Origin: an uncultured Roseovarius sp. | GTDB lineage: Bacteria > Pseudomonadota > Alphaproteobacteria > Rhodobacterales > Rhodobacteraceae | Length of the DNA stretch: 64,000 nucleotides | Direction: 5' to 3' | NCBI RefSeq assembly: GCF_947489715.1 | Contig: NZ_CANLER010000002.1 | Coordinates: 265,597 to 329,596, forward strand | Shown here: piece by piece, positions 19,674 through 30,330 of the stretch | Layout of the letters: every line of letters begins with the position of its first letter | How positions within the stretch are numbered: the stretch's first letter is position 1 | Translations under genes and position numbers: made by a program | The notes under the pieces: generated by a model | What the model was told of the DNA's origin: nothing | Databases searched by the model: none | The model's input: the letters and a program-made list of their open reading frames with translations, nothing else

Positions 19674-20555
19674 TCAACCGATCGCCTCTAGCACGGCCTC
19701 GCCCAGACCGGCGGGGCTGTCGGAAACGACGATCCCAGCGGCGCGCATGGCTTCGATCTTGTCCTCGGCACCGCCCTTGCCACCGGCAACGATGGCACCG
19801 GCATGGCCCATACGACGACCCGGAGGCGCCGTGCGGCCTGCGATAAAACCGGCGGTCGGTTTCCAGCGGCCCTTTTTCTTTTCGTCGATCAGGAACTGCG
19901 CGGCTTCTTCCTCGGCTGATCCGCCGATTTCACCGATCATGATGATGGATTGGGTTTCATCATCGGCCAGGAACCATTCCAGCACGTCGATATGCTCGGT
20001 GCCCTTGATCGGGTCGCCCCCGATTCCAACGGCTGTGGACTGGCCCAGACCCAGATCCGAGGTCTGTTTGACCGCCTCATAGGTCAGCGTGCCCGACCGG
20101 CTGAGAACGCCGCAGGACCCGCGTTTGTGAATATGGCCCGGCATGATGCCGATTTTACAGGCGTCGGGCGTGATCACGCCCGGGCAGTTCGGCCCCACCA
20201 GGCGGCTGCTGGACCCTTCCAGCGCGCGCTTGACACGCATCATGTCCAGCACCGGAATACCCTCGGTGATGCAGATGATCACCTCCATCTCGGCGTCGAT
20301 CGCCTCAAGGATAGAATCCGCGGCAAAGGGCGGCGGTACGTAGATGACGCTGGCATTCGCGCCGGTGCCGTGTTTCGCCTCGTGAACCGAGTTGAAGACC
20401 GGCAAATCGAGATGCGTCTGCCCACCTTTGCCGGGCGTCACGCCCCCAACCATCTTGGTACCATAGGCGATGGCCTGTTCGGTGTGGAATGTGCCCTGCG
20501 AACCGGTGAGGCCCTGACAGATGACTTTGGTGTTTTCGTCGATGAGTACGGCCAT
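19674..20555 (-). CDS. sucD: Succinyl-CoA synthetase alpha subunit
   Basis: [15 protein letters not shown] and RMGHAGA (phospho-His) motifs. Confidence 0.97.
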   Translation of the reverse strand: MAVLIDENTKVICQGLTGSQGTFHTEQAIAYGTKMVGGVTPGKGGQTHLDLPVFNSVHEAKHGTGANASVIYVPPPFAADSILEAIDAEMEVIICITEGIPVLDMMRVKRALEGSSSRLVGPNCPGVITPDACKIGIMPGHIHKRGSCGVLSRSGTLTYEAVKQTSDLGLGQSTAVGIGGDPIKGTEHIDVLEWFLADDETQSIIMIGEIGGSAEEEAAQFLIDEKKKGRWKPTAGFIAGRTAPPGRRMGHAGAIVAGGKGGAEDKIEAMRAAGIVVSDSPAGLGEAVLEAIG

Positions 20556-20559
20556 ATTC

Positions 20560-21753
20560 TTATCCCTTCACCGCTTTGACGATCTTTTCGGCACCGTCTT
20601 TCAGGTCATCCGCGGCGATCACGTCCACGTCTGAATTATTGATGATCTCTTTGCCTTTCTCGACATTAGTGCCCTCCAGGCGCACCACCAGCGGCACCTG
20701 CAAACCAACCTCTTTCACCGCGGCAACAACGCCTTCGGCAATCACATCGCAGCGCATGATGCCGCCGAAGATGTTGACCAGGATGCCTTTGACCTGCGGG
20801 TCGCTGGTGATGATCTTGAACGCCTCGGTCACCTTTTCCTTGGTGGCGCCACCGCCCACGTCAAGGAAGTTGGCAGGCTCGGAGCCGTAGAGCTTGATAA
20901 TGTCCATCGTCGCCATCGCCAGGCCCGCGCCATTGACCATGCAGCCGATCTCACCATCCAGCGCGATGTAATTCAGGTCGTATTTCGACGCTTCCAGTTC
21001 CTTGGGGTCTTCTTCGGTCACGTCGCGCAACTCGGCGATATCGGGGTGACGATAAACGGCGTTGCTGTCGAAACCCATCTTGGCGTCGAGACATTTCAGA
21101 TCGCCCTTGTCAGTGGTGATCAGCGGGTTGATCTCAAGCATCTCCATGTCCTTTTCGAGGAACATTTTGTAGAGGGTGCCCATCAGCTTGACGCATTGCT
21201 TGACCTGTGGCCCTTTCAGGCCCAGTTGAAATGCGATGCGACGGCCGTGGAATGGCTGATAGCCGGTGGCAGGGTCGATGCTGAAGCTCAGGATCTTTTC
21301 CGGGGTCGCATGCGCCACTTCCTCGATGTCCATGCCACCTTCGGTCGAGCAGACAAAGCTGACGCGACTGGACTGGCGGTCCACCAGCAGCGCCAGATAC
21401 ATTTCATTCTCGATGCCCGAACCGTCTTCGATGTAGATCCGGTTGACCTGCTTGCCCACGTCACCGGTCTGTTTGGTCACGAGCGTGCGGCCCAACATGC
21501 GCTTCGCCTCATCCGCGGCTTCCTCGACCGATTTGGCCAGTCGCACACCGCCCTGATCCCCGGCGCCGGGTTCCTTGAACTTTCCCTTGCCACGTCCACC
21601 GGCGTGAATCTGCGCCTTGACCACCCAAAGCGGGCCATCCATTTCGCCCGCCGCTGTCTTGGCCTCTTCGGCGCGCAAAACAACGCGCCCGTCCGAGACC
21701 GGGGCACCGTATGAGCGCAACAGTGCCTTCGCCTGATATTCGTGAATATTCAT
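20560..21753 (-). CDS. sucC: Succinyl-CoA synthetase beta subunit
   Basis: [32 protein letters not shown] and [10 protein letters not shown] motifs. Confidence 0.97.
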   Translation of the reverse strand: MNIHEYQAKALLRSYGAPVSDGRVVLRAEEAKTAAGEMDGPLWVVKAQIHAGGRGKGKFKEPGAGDQGGVRLAKSVEEAADEAKRMLGRTLVTKQTGDVGKQVNRIYIEDGSGIENEMYLALLVDRQSSRVSFVCSTEGGMDIEEVAHATPEKILSFSIDPATGYQPFHGRRIAFQLGLKGPQVKQCVKLMGTLYKMFLEKDMEMLEINPLITTDKGDLKCLDAKMGFDSNAVYRHPDIAELRDVTEEDPKELEASKYDLNYIALDGEIGCMVNGAGLAMATMDIIKLYGSEPANFLDVGGGATKEKVTEAFKIITSDPQVKGILVNIFGGIMRCDVIAEGVVAAVKEVGLQVPLVVRLEGTNVEKGKEIINNSDVDVIAADDLKDGAEKIVKAVKG

Positions 21754-21858
21754 TGAACTATCCCGTTTTGCCAGATTTGCCCCGATATACCCACAGTATG
21801 AACCGGGATTTAAACGCCTTTTTGCATTTTCACGCCAAATTTAATGAATTGTGTGTGG

Positions 21859-21893
21859 TTTGTGATCACAGCCTCAGATCATGTGATCACAAA
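21859..21893. promoter_or_regulatory. Paired TGTGATCACA palindromes upstream of sucC
   Basis: ttTGTGATCACA-11 nt-TGTGATCACAaa; same architecture upstream of sdhC. Confidence 0.65.
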
Positions 21894-21901
21894 CTGATGG
21901 C

Positions 21902-22276
21902 TCATGCGTTTTCATCGCCCGGAGATTCGCTTTTGGAAAACGCCGGACGGGCAAACATGTGGTTTGCTTTGGTCACGCCACGGTCATAGGTGCAGAAGGT
22001 GTCGGTGGCCTGCGGAGTCGTGTTGTGAATTTTGATGTTGGTGATCACTTCGACGGCACCGACATCCAGGCAACGTTGCTGGGCGCGTTTCACAACCTCC
22101 AGCAGATGATCCAAGTCACCGCGCATCGTGGTTTCCATCGCCGACACCTGATAGGGCACACCGGCCTCCTTCACCACCTCGATAGCCTGATCGACAACTT
22201 CAAAATTGTTACCTTCGCGCAGGCGGGGAATAACCTGAAAAGCGAGGTAAACGTCATTCTTCGGACCGGTTGTCAT
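21902..22276 (-). CDS. Thiamine-binding protein family (MTH1187/YqgV-like)
   Basis: AFQVIP...VVDQAIEVVKEAGVPYQVSAMETTMRGDLD...VITNIKI pattern; GGAAAGG RBS. Confidence 0.75.
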   Translation of the reverse strand: MTTGPKNDVYLAFQVIPRLREGNNFEVVDQAIEVVKEAGVPYQVSAMETTMRGDLDHLLEVVKRAQQRCLDVGAVEVITNIKIHNTTPQATDTFCTYDRGVTKANHMFARPAFSKSESPGDENA

Positions 22277-22300
22277 CTGAAGCCTTTCCAAGAACTTGAT

Positions 22301-22335
22301 AAAAAAACGCCCCGCCTGCCGAAACAGACGAGGCG
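22301..22335 (-). terminator. Intrinsic terminator after mdh
   Basis: Minus strand CGCCTCGTCTG-tttcgg-CAGGCGGGGCG followed by T7. Confidence 0.8.
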
Positions 22336-22367
22336 CGTATGCCACAGGTTTGACAGGTAGGCTGGCT

Positions 22368-24246
<1,879 letters not shown>

Positions 24247-24284
24247 GGCGAAGGTGCGTTCAGAACACGCACCTGTCACTCGCC

Positions 24285-24596
24285 TCAGGCGTCGTTGCCT
24301 TCCGCCGGCAGAACTTCGGCCAGTTCTTCAAACGCCTGACCGCTGGCAACTAGACAGGTCAACCCGTTGGCGGTGGTCACGATGATCGTCCACGAGCCTG
24401 AACTGTCCGAGGCAAAAACCTCGACCACGGCATTGTTGGCACCAAGGCCCATCGACTGACGGGTTTCGCCATATTTGCTGGCCAGACGGTCGACAACCAT
24501 TTCACGCGGCGCACAATTGGGACCGGACTGCGCAACTGCAGGACTGGCCATCAGAACCGCTGCTGCTGCGGTACAGATTTTCGTTATCATCTTCAT
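24285..24596 (-). CDS. Conserved hypothetical exported protein with two Cys
   Basis: Signal peptide ending AVA; CAPRE...LASKYGE...GSWTII...TCLVASG. Confidence 0.75.
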   Translation of the reverse strand: MKMITKICTAAAAVLMASPAVAQSGPNCAPREMVVDRLASKYGETRQSMGLGANNAVVEVFASDSSGSWTIIVTTANGLTCLVASGQAFEELAEVLPAEGNDA

Positions 24597-24703
24597 TTTA
24601 ACACCCTTTCTGTGTGGGTCCCTGCCTTTGCGTGAACAAAGCATGCACAAAACTATGTCAAAACAGGGTTAATACGGAGGCCGTTCCCGAAATTTTCCGG
24701 CAT

Positions 24704-24722
24704 ATTCTGCGCTGCGGCGAAA
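24704..24722. promoter_or_regulatory. ATTCTGCGCTGCGGCGAAA upstream of the mcl2-like gene (16/19 identical to the site upstream of ccr)
   Basis: Direct comparison with 51450-51468. Confidence 0.45.
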
Positions 24723-24802
24723 AAACCCTTGAAGTTTTTGGGCGAAAAATGGCATCTCTGCGCAAGATTATTGCGAGCATTTCGCACAGAAGGAGCCGAG
24801 AC

Positions 24803-25663
24803 ATGGACGCCAGCACACACCCCTACCGATCGGTTCTCTATATCCCCGGCTCAAAAGAACGCGCGCTGGAAAAAGCCCGCACGCTGCCCTGTGATGCGAT
24901 CATTTTTGATCTGGAAGATGCGGTGGCCCCCGATGCCAAGGCCGAGGCGCGGCAAACCCTTTTTCAGGCGTTGCGCGATGGCGGCTACGGCAAACGCGCC
25001 AAGATCGTGCGGATCAATGCGCTGACCACCAAATGGGGTCTGGAAGACGTGCAGCTCCTGCGCGACGCCGGTGCCGATGCGATCCTGCTGCCCAAGGTCA
25101 ACACCCGCTCGGACGTTGATAACCTTGCCGACATGCTGGACCCGTCGATGCCGATCTGGACGATGATGGAAACGCCGGTCAGCGTGTTCAATGCGCGCGA
25201 CATCGCTGCCCATGGTCGTGTGGCTGGGCTGGTGACCGGCACCAATGACCTGACCAAAGATCTGGGCAGCCGCATGCGCGCCGACCGCCTGCCACTGATG
25301 AGCGCGTTGCAAATGATCGTCATGGCCGCCCGCGCCGCGCGGATCGTCACCATCGACGGCGTTTATAACCGGTTCCGCGATGGTGACGGGCTCAAGGCCG
25401 AATGCGAACAGGGCCGCGATCTGGGGTTTGACGGCAAAACACTCATTCACCCGGCGCAGATCGACGTGACCAACACCGCCTTCGCCCCCACCAGTTCCGA
25501 GATTGATCTGGCCGAACGCCAGATTGCAGCCTATCAGGAAAGCCAGGCCTCGGGTCAGGGCATTGCCGTTGTCGACGGGCAGATCGTGGAAAATCTGCAC
25601 GTCGTGGCTGCAAGACGCATTCTGGCCAAGTCGAGTGCCATCGCCGAAATGGCAGCGGAGTAG
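24803..25663 (+). CDS. mcl2: CitE-family CoA ester lyase/thioesterase, likely (3S)-malyl-CoA thioesterase
   Basis: RSVLYIPGS, FDLEDAVAP, GFDGKTLIHP motifs; position between mdh and mch/sdh as I recall for Rhodobacter. Confidence 0.75.
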   Translation: MDASTHPYRSVLYIPGSKERALEKARTLPCDAIIFDLEDAVAPDAKAEARQTLFQALRDGGYGKRAKIVRINALTTKWGLEDVQLLRDAGADAILLPKVNTRSDVDNLADMLDPSMPIWTMMETPVSVFNARDIAAHGRVAGLVTGTNDLTKDLGSRMRADRLPLMSALQMIVMAARAARIVTIDGVYNRFRDGDGLKAECEQGRDLGFDGKTLIHPAQIDVTNTAFAPTSSEIDLAERQIAAYQESQASGQGIAVVDGQIVENLHVVAARRILAKSSAIAEMAAE

Positions 25664-25669
25664 ACACCC

Positions 25670-26227
25670 ATGATCCTTCTTATCCTCGGCCTGATCCTCT
25701 GGATTGGTGCGCATTTCTTCAAACGTCTCGCCCCCGATGCACGGACAAAGATGGGCAATAAGGGCCGCGGCCCGATCGCCCTGAGCATTCTGGCAGGCGT
25801 CGTATTGATGGTGCTGGGCTACCGCGCGGCCGAATTCACCTCGGTCTACACCCCGGTCCCCGGCATCGGCCACCTGAACAACCTTTTGATGCTGGTCGCC
25901 GTTTTCTTCTTTGGCATCGGCAGCGCCAAGGGCGTGCTGGTCGACAAGGTTCGCCACCCGATGCTGACCGGGATGGTGATCTTTGCCTTTGCCCACCTGC
26001 TGGTGAATGGCGATCTGGCGTCAATCATCCTCTTCGGTGGCCTGGGCCTATGGGCCATTGTTCAGATGTTGCTGATCAACAGCGGCGATGGCGCGTGGGA
26101 ACGCCCGGCGCCCGGCACATTGAAGGGCGACATCAAGAATGCCATCATCACCCTGGTGATCTACGTGGTTGTCACCGGCCTCCACGTGTTTCTCGGCCAC
26201 AATCCGTTCATGGGAAGCTATGCATGA
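25670..26227 (+). CDS. NnrU family membrane protein
   Basis: HFFKRLAP, RHPMLTG and AHLLVNGD motifs. Confidence 0.82.
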   Translation: MILLILGLILWIGAHFFKRLAPDARTKMGNKGRGPIALSILAGVVLMVLGYRAAEFTSVYTPVPGIGHLNNLLMLVAVFFFGIGSAKGVLVDKVRHPMLTGMVIFAFAHLLVNGDLASIILFGGLGLWAIVQMLLINSGDGAWERPAPGTLKGDIKNAIITLVIYVVVTGLHVFLGHNPFMGSYA

Positions 26228-26427
26228 AACTTTACCGTTTCCTCAGCGCCGATGACACATCGGGTTTCTGCCACAAGGTGACCGACGCGCTGAACAAGGG
26301 CTGGGCGCTTTATGGCGATCCGACCTATGCCTATGACCACGCCAACGGTGTCATGCGCTGCGGTCAGGCGGTGACTAAAGAGGCCGACGGAACCTATACG
26401 CCGGACACGAAACTGGGAGAGCAGTGA
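26224..26427 (+). CDS. DUF1737 family small protein
   Basis: MKLYRFLSADD...FCHKVTDALNKGWALYGDP...CGQAV; overlaps the neighbouring stop and start. Confidence 0.75.
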   Translation: MKLYRFLSADDTSGFCHKVTDALNKGWALYGDPTYAYDHANGVMRCGQAVTKEADGTYTPDTKLGEQ

Positions 26428-26429
26428 TC

Positions 26430-27461
26430 ATGGCCAAGACCAATCCGGGCCGGTTTTTTGAAGACTATACCGTGGGTGAAACCATCCACCACGCCGTGCC
26501 GCGCACCGTGTCTGGGGGCGAACGCGCGCTCTACCATGCGCTTTATCCGGCGCGCCACGCGCTCTATTCCTCGGACGAATTCGCCCGCTCCTGTGGCCTG
26601 CCCGCCAGCCCGCTGGACGACATCGCAGCGTTCCACGTGGTCTTTGGCAAGACCGTGCCCGATATCTCGCTCAACGCGCTGGCCAATCTGGGCTATGCCG
26701 AAGGGCGCTGGCTGAAGCCGGTCTATCCCGGCGACACGATCCATTCCACGTCCGAGGTCATCGGGGTCAAGCAGAATTCCAACGGCAAATCCGGCGTAGT
26801 CTGGGTCCGCACAAGAGGGCGCAATCAACGCAACGAGGTGGTGCTGGATTACGTCCGCTGGGCGATGGTGCGCAAACGAGACCTGGATGCTCCCGCGCCC
26901 GATCCCGTGATCCCGACGCTGAAACCGTCGCTTGAGGCAAGCGATCTGGTGATCCCCCAAGGCCTTGATTTCAGCAATTACGATTTCACCCTCGCCGGAG
27001 AGCCGCATCGCTGGGGCGACTACGAGATCGGTGAGAAGATCGACCATGTGGATGGCGTCACCGTGGAAGAGGCCGAGCATATGATGGCCACGCGCCTCTG
27101 GCAGAACACGGCCAAGGTGCATTTCGACACAGGGTCGCGCCCCGATGGCCAACGGCTGATCTATGGCGGGCATGTAATCTCGATGGCCCGGACGCTCAGC
27201 TTCAACGGCCTCGCCAATGCCCAGATCGTTGCAGGTCTGAACGGCGGCAGCCACGCCAACCCCTGCTATGCGGGCGACACGGTCAAGGCCTGGTCCGAAG
27301 TGCTGGATAAGGCCGAGACCACCGCCCCCGGCGTTGGTGCCCTGCGCCTGCGTCTGGTCGCGACCAAAGGAGGAGAGCCGTTTACCCTCAGGGGCGAAGA
27401 CGGCAAATACCTGCCCCACGTGATGCTCGACCTGGACTATTGGGCCCTGATCCCGATGTAA
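26430..27461 (+). CDS. mch: Double MaoC (hot-dog) dehydratase, likely mesaconyl-CoA hydratase
   Basis: GRFFEDY, two MaoC domains, LIYGGHVIS; ethylmalonyl-CoA pathway context. Confidence 0.82.
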   Translation: MAKTNPGRFFEDYTVGETIHHAVPRTVSGGERALYHALYPARHALYSSDEFARSCGLPASPLDDIAAFHVVFGKTVPDISLNALANLGYAEGRWLKPVYPGDTIHSTSEVIGVKQNSNGKSGVVWVRTRGRNQRNEVVLDYVRWAMVRKRDLDAPAPDPVIPTLKPSLEASDLVIPQGLDFSNYDFTLAGEPHRWGDYEIGEKIDHVDGVTVEEAEHMMATRLWQNTAKVHFDTGSRPDGQRLIYGGHVISMARTLSFNGLANAQIVAGLNGGSHANPCYAGDTVKAWSEVLDKAETTAPGVGALRLRLVATKGGEPFTLRGEDGKYLPHVMLDLDYWALIPM

Positions 27462-27733
27462 CGTCGGGCGCGCTTACCAACTCGCTGTTTCCAGCCTGAG
27501 AAGCTTGCATGAAAGCAAAGATTGCATTGCGCTCACAGGAAAAATGTCTAATTCTCACAGCGCGCACAGTTGAAAAACGCCGAAAATGCGCAAGAGCCGA
27601 CACCGCTAAGCAGTGTAAAGACCGGCCTATCGGTGCTGCACGCAGCGAATTTGAGAAGAGCAAATTAGTCAGCGCGGGACACATCCGACCTATACCTGTT
27701 GAGCGTGAACGACGGCGATTTCAACATGGCGCA

Positions 27734-28555
27734 TCAAGTCACATCGCCTCGCGGTCTGAACGCCGTTTCGTTGGACTGCATCTGATTGGTGACACGGTCC
27801 CGGATGTATTTCGGGATCTCGCGGGATTCCAATGTAAATGTCCCACATCCCGACAAGGCTGATCGAAGGTCTATTTCCCGGCCGAGAAAGCTGTAGATGA
27901 TCCGATAGCAGGCAATGTCGCGCACAGAGTCCGTGGCAATCCCCATCGTTAATCCCGAGAGGTATTTGGAGGCTTTCAGATCGGTTGTGTAGACGACAGT
28001 CTGCCAGATACGTTTACCCGCGAATTTCTCTTTTTCGTATATGAAGAGCCGTTCAGCATTGTAGAGAGCCACGCCTTCGTACTTGCTTACCTCTGCTGCA
28101 CCATCGCTACTTTCGGGATAGCGTTCGAAATTCTGCGTGAGAATTGCGCCCCGATGATCATAGATGTGGATGAGTGCCCGGATGATCCGATCGGGCATGT
28201 TGCCAACAATGAAATGCGTATAGTAGTAGCCTAAATAGGGTTTGATTTCGCGATGAGATTGGGCGTTGCTGTGAACGCTGGATGAAATAAAATCCTGCGC
28301 CGGCAAGTTCTGTCCCATCGCAGGCGGGCGGAGCGCGATCAACTCCCTGAATTCTCTGTTCGGCATCAGAAGTTCGGTTTCCTCGACACCAAAGAAGTCC
28401 GAAATCTTGCGGAAGCTGCTCAGCGAAGGCGTGCTCTTGCCGGACAGGTATTTTGTGAATTGCTGGCGCGAGATCCCGATGGACCGGCACACATGAGACA
28501 CTGACGGGCAATACCCGCATAACAGTTTGAGGTTTTCTGGCAGGGCGCTTGGCAT
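27734..28555 (-). CDS. XRE-family HTH regulator with uncharacterised C-terminal domain
   Basis: ENLKLLCGYCPSVSHVCRSIGISRQQFTKYLSGKSTPS HTH; divergent from the ABC operon; visibly more AT-rich than the backbone. Confidence 0.8.
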   Translation of the reverse strand: MPSALPENLKLLCGYCPSVSHVCRSIGISRQQFTKYLSGKSTPSLSSFRKISDFFGVEETELLMPNREFRELIALRPPAMGQNLPAQDFISSSVHSNAQSHREIKPYLGYYYTHFIVGNMPDRIIRALIHIYDHRGAILTQNFERYPESSDGAAEVSKYEGVALYNAERLFIYEKEKFAGKRIWQTVVYTTDLKASKYLSGLTMGIATDSVRDIACYRIIYSFLGREIDLRSALSGCGTFTLESREIPKYIRDRVTNQMQSNETAFRPRGDVT

Positions 28556-28582
28556 AGATCAAAACATCAAACGTTAAGTATC

Positions 28583-28608
28583 GACGCTAAAAGTTTACAT
28601 TTCGCGTC
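28583..28608. promoter_or_regulatory. Imperfect inverted repeat in the XRE/SBP divergent spacer (candidate operator)
   Basis: GACGCTAAAAGT-tt-ACATTTCGCGTC, 10 of 12 arm positions complementary. Confidence 0.35.
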
Positions 28609-28723
28609 AGTTTAGAGCAATGGTTTTAATTGTGTGAGAGTCTGGCTGTTTCTACGCTTGGACCATCTGCTTATGAGCATCAGCCGCAAGAGCTGGTGCC
28701 GCCTACCGTCAACAGGGGGAATC

Positions 28724-30259
28724 ATGCTATTATCTCGAAACCTTATATCATTGCGGGCCGTGTCGGTTGCGCTTGCGCTGTCCGTCACGACAACCGCCGG
28801 CACCGCGGTCCATGCCCAGGAACTCAAAGCCCAGGTCGAGGCCGACTTTGGTCAACTTGATCCTGCTTTTTGGCAAAGCACAGCCGATCTGAACGTAATC
28901 CACGCTGTGTTTCCGAAACTGATCGAATTCAAAAACAGCGAAACATGGGAGTGGGAGCTCTCCTCGGCGGAAAGCATTGAACAGGTGGATGAAGTGACCA
29001 TCAGATTCACGCTGAAACCCGGGCTGATGTGGACCAATGGCTATGGCGAGGTGACAGCCGAGGACGTTGAATATTCATTCGAGCGTTTCAAGGACGAAGC
29101 TCTCGCCGCGCCGAACGCGGGTGACTGGGCGCCGCTCAAGGATGTTGAAGTGATTGATAAATACACCGGCATCATTCACCTGAATGAGCCGTTTGCACCG
29201 GTTTGGTGGAGTACGCTGCCCTATTCGGCTGGTGCCATTCTGAGCAAGAAAGCTACTGAGGAACAGGGGGGTAAATTCACCACTGACCCCAAGGCAACGG
29301 CGGGCCCTTACAAGATCGAGCGTTGGGATCAGGGGCAACGCACCGTTCTTGTTACGCATGATGGCTGGAATGGCGAAGCACCAGGCTATGAGCGCGTCGA
29401 GCTGATCCCGATCAACGATCCGAAGGCCGCAGAAGTAGCTTATGAGGCCGGGCAGGTTGACATCGCTGCCGTTGCGATCAGTTCTGTGCCCGAGTTGGAA
29501 GCCTCCCTGCCTGAGGATGCTCGCCTTGAGGTGCGCCCGACCGCCGGTTATCTCTGGCTGGGACTGAACGCCGAAAACCCGGACTTGCAGGATCCGAAAG
29601 TGCGCGAGGCGATCAAGCTGGCGGTCGATGTTGATACCATCATCGAAGGTGCGTATTTTGGAATTCCTGACCGGTCGACGGGCCTTGTTGCCCCAGGCCT
29701 GGTGGGTCACCGCGAGATCGAGATGCCAGGTCGCGATGTCGCTGCGGCGCAGGCGCTGATGGCCGAAGCCGGCGTCACATCTCTGGATCTTGAACTGGAG
29801 CATCAGAATTCGACCGATCTTCAGACAGCGGCACTGATCATTCAGGCCAATCTGGCCGAGATCGGCATCAACGTTCAGCTCAATACCCACGAAACCGGGA
29901 CATTCTGGAGCCTGGGGGATGAAAAAGGCGTCAACATGCAGATGACGCTCAAGGAATTCACCAGCCCGCCGGACCCGGCATGGTCAACGCAATGGTTCCT
30001 GGAAGAGCAAGCAGGAATCTGGAACTGGGAGTGGTTCAAGAGCGACGAATTCGAGAAACTGCACTATACCGCCATGGCCGAGGTTGATCTGGAAAAGCGG
30101 GCCGAGATGTATCACCAGATGCAGGAACTTATGGATGCCTCGCATTCCTATATCTGGCTTATCCATCCGCCTGTGTCCCTGATCCACACCAAATCGGTCA
30201 ATCCCGGGCTCTATCCCAACGGTGACTACAAGTTGCAGGATTTTCAGCCTGCGAATTGA
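28724..30259 (+). CDS. Peptide/nickel-type (family 5) ABC substrate-binding protein
   Basis: Signal peptide; LDP, FTLKPG, GEVTAEDVEYSFER, GPYKI and DPKVREAI motifs. Confidence 0.9.
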   Translation: MLLSRNLISLRAVSVALALSVTTTAGTAVHAQELKAQVEADFGQLDPAFWQSTADLNVIHAVFPKLIEFKNSETWEWELSSAESIEQVDEVTIRFTLKPGLMWTNGYGEVTAEDVEYSFERFKDEALAAPNAGDWAPLKDVEVIDKYTGIIHLNEPFAPVWWSTLPYSAGAILSKKATEEQGGKFTTDPKATAGPYKIERWDQGQRTVLVTHDGWNGEAPGYERVELIPINDPKAAEVAYEAGQVDIAAVAISSVPELEASLPEDARLEVRPTAGYLWLGLNAENPDLQDPKVREAIKLAVDVDTIIEGAYFGIPDRSTGLVAPGLVGHREIEMPGRDVAAAQALMAEAGVTSLDLELEHQNSTDLQTAALIIQANLAEIGINVQLNTHETGTFWSLGDEKGVNMQMTLKEFTSPPDPAWSTQWFLEEQAGIWNWEWFKSDEFEKLHYTAMAEVDLEKRAEMYHQMQELMDASHSYIWLIHPPVSLIHTKSVNPGLYPNGDYKLQDFQPAN

Positions 30260-30274
30260 GCAATCGCTTTGTGT

Positions 30275-30296
30275 CGGCGGGCAGTGGTGCCCGCCG
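30275..30296 (+). other. Perfect GC hairpin after the SBP gene (possible mRNA-stabilising stem-loop)
   Basis: CGGCGGGCA-gtgg-TGCCCGCCG without a U-tract. Confidence 0.5.
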
Positions 30297-30330
30297 GTCC
30301 TCTGTTCCCTGACAAGCCCGAGCGAACCCC

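Noticed and set aside
22277-22367. TPP riboswitch upstream of the thiamine-binding-family gene
   Set aside because: No CTGAGA or GAACCTGA...AGGGA elements; the space is occupied by the mdh terminator
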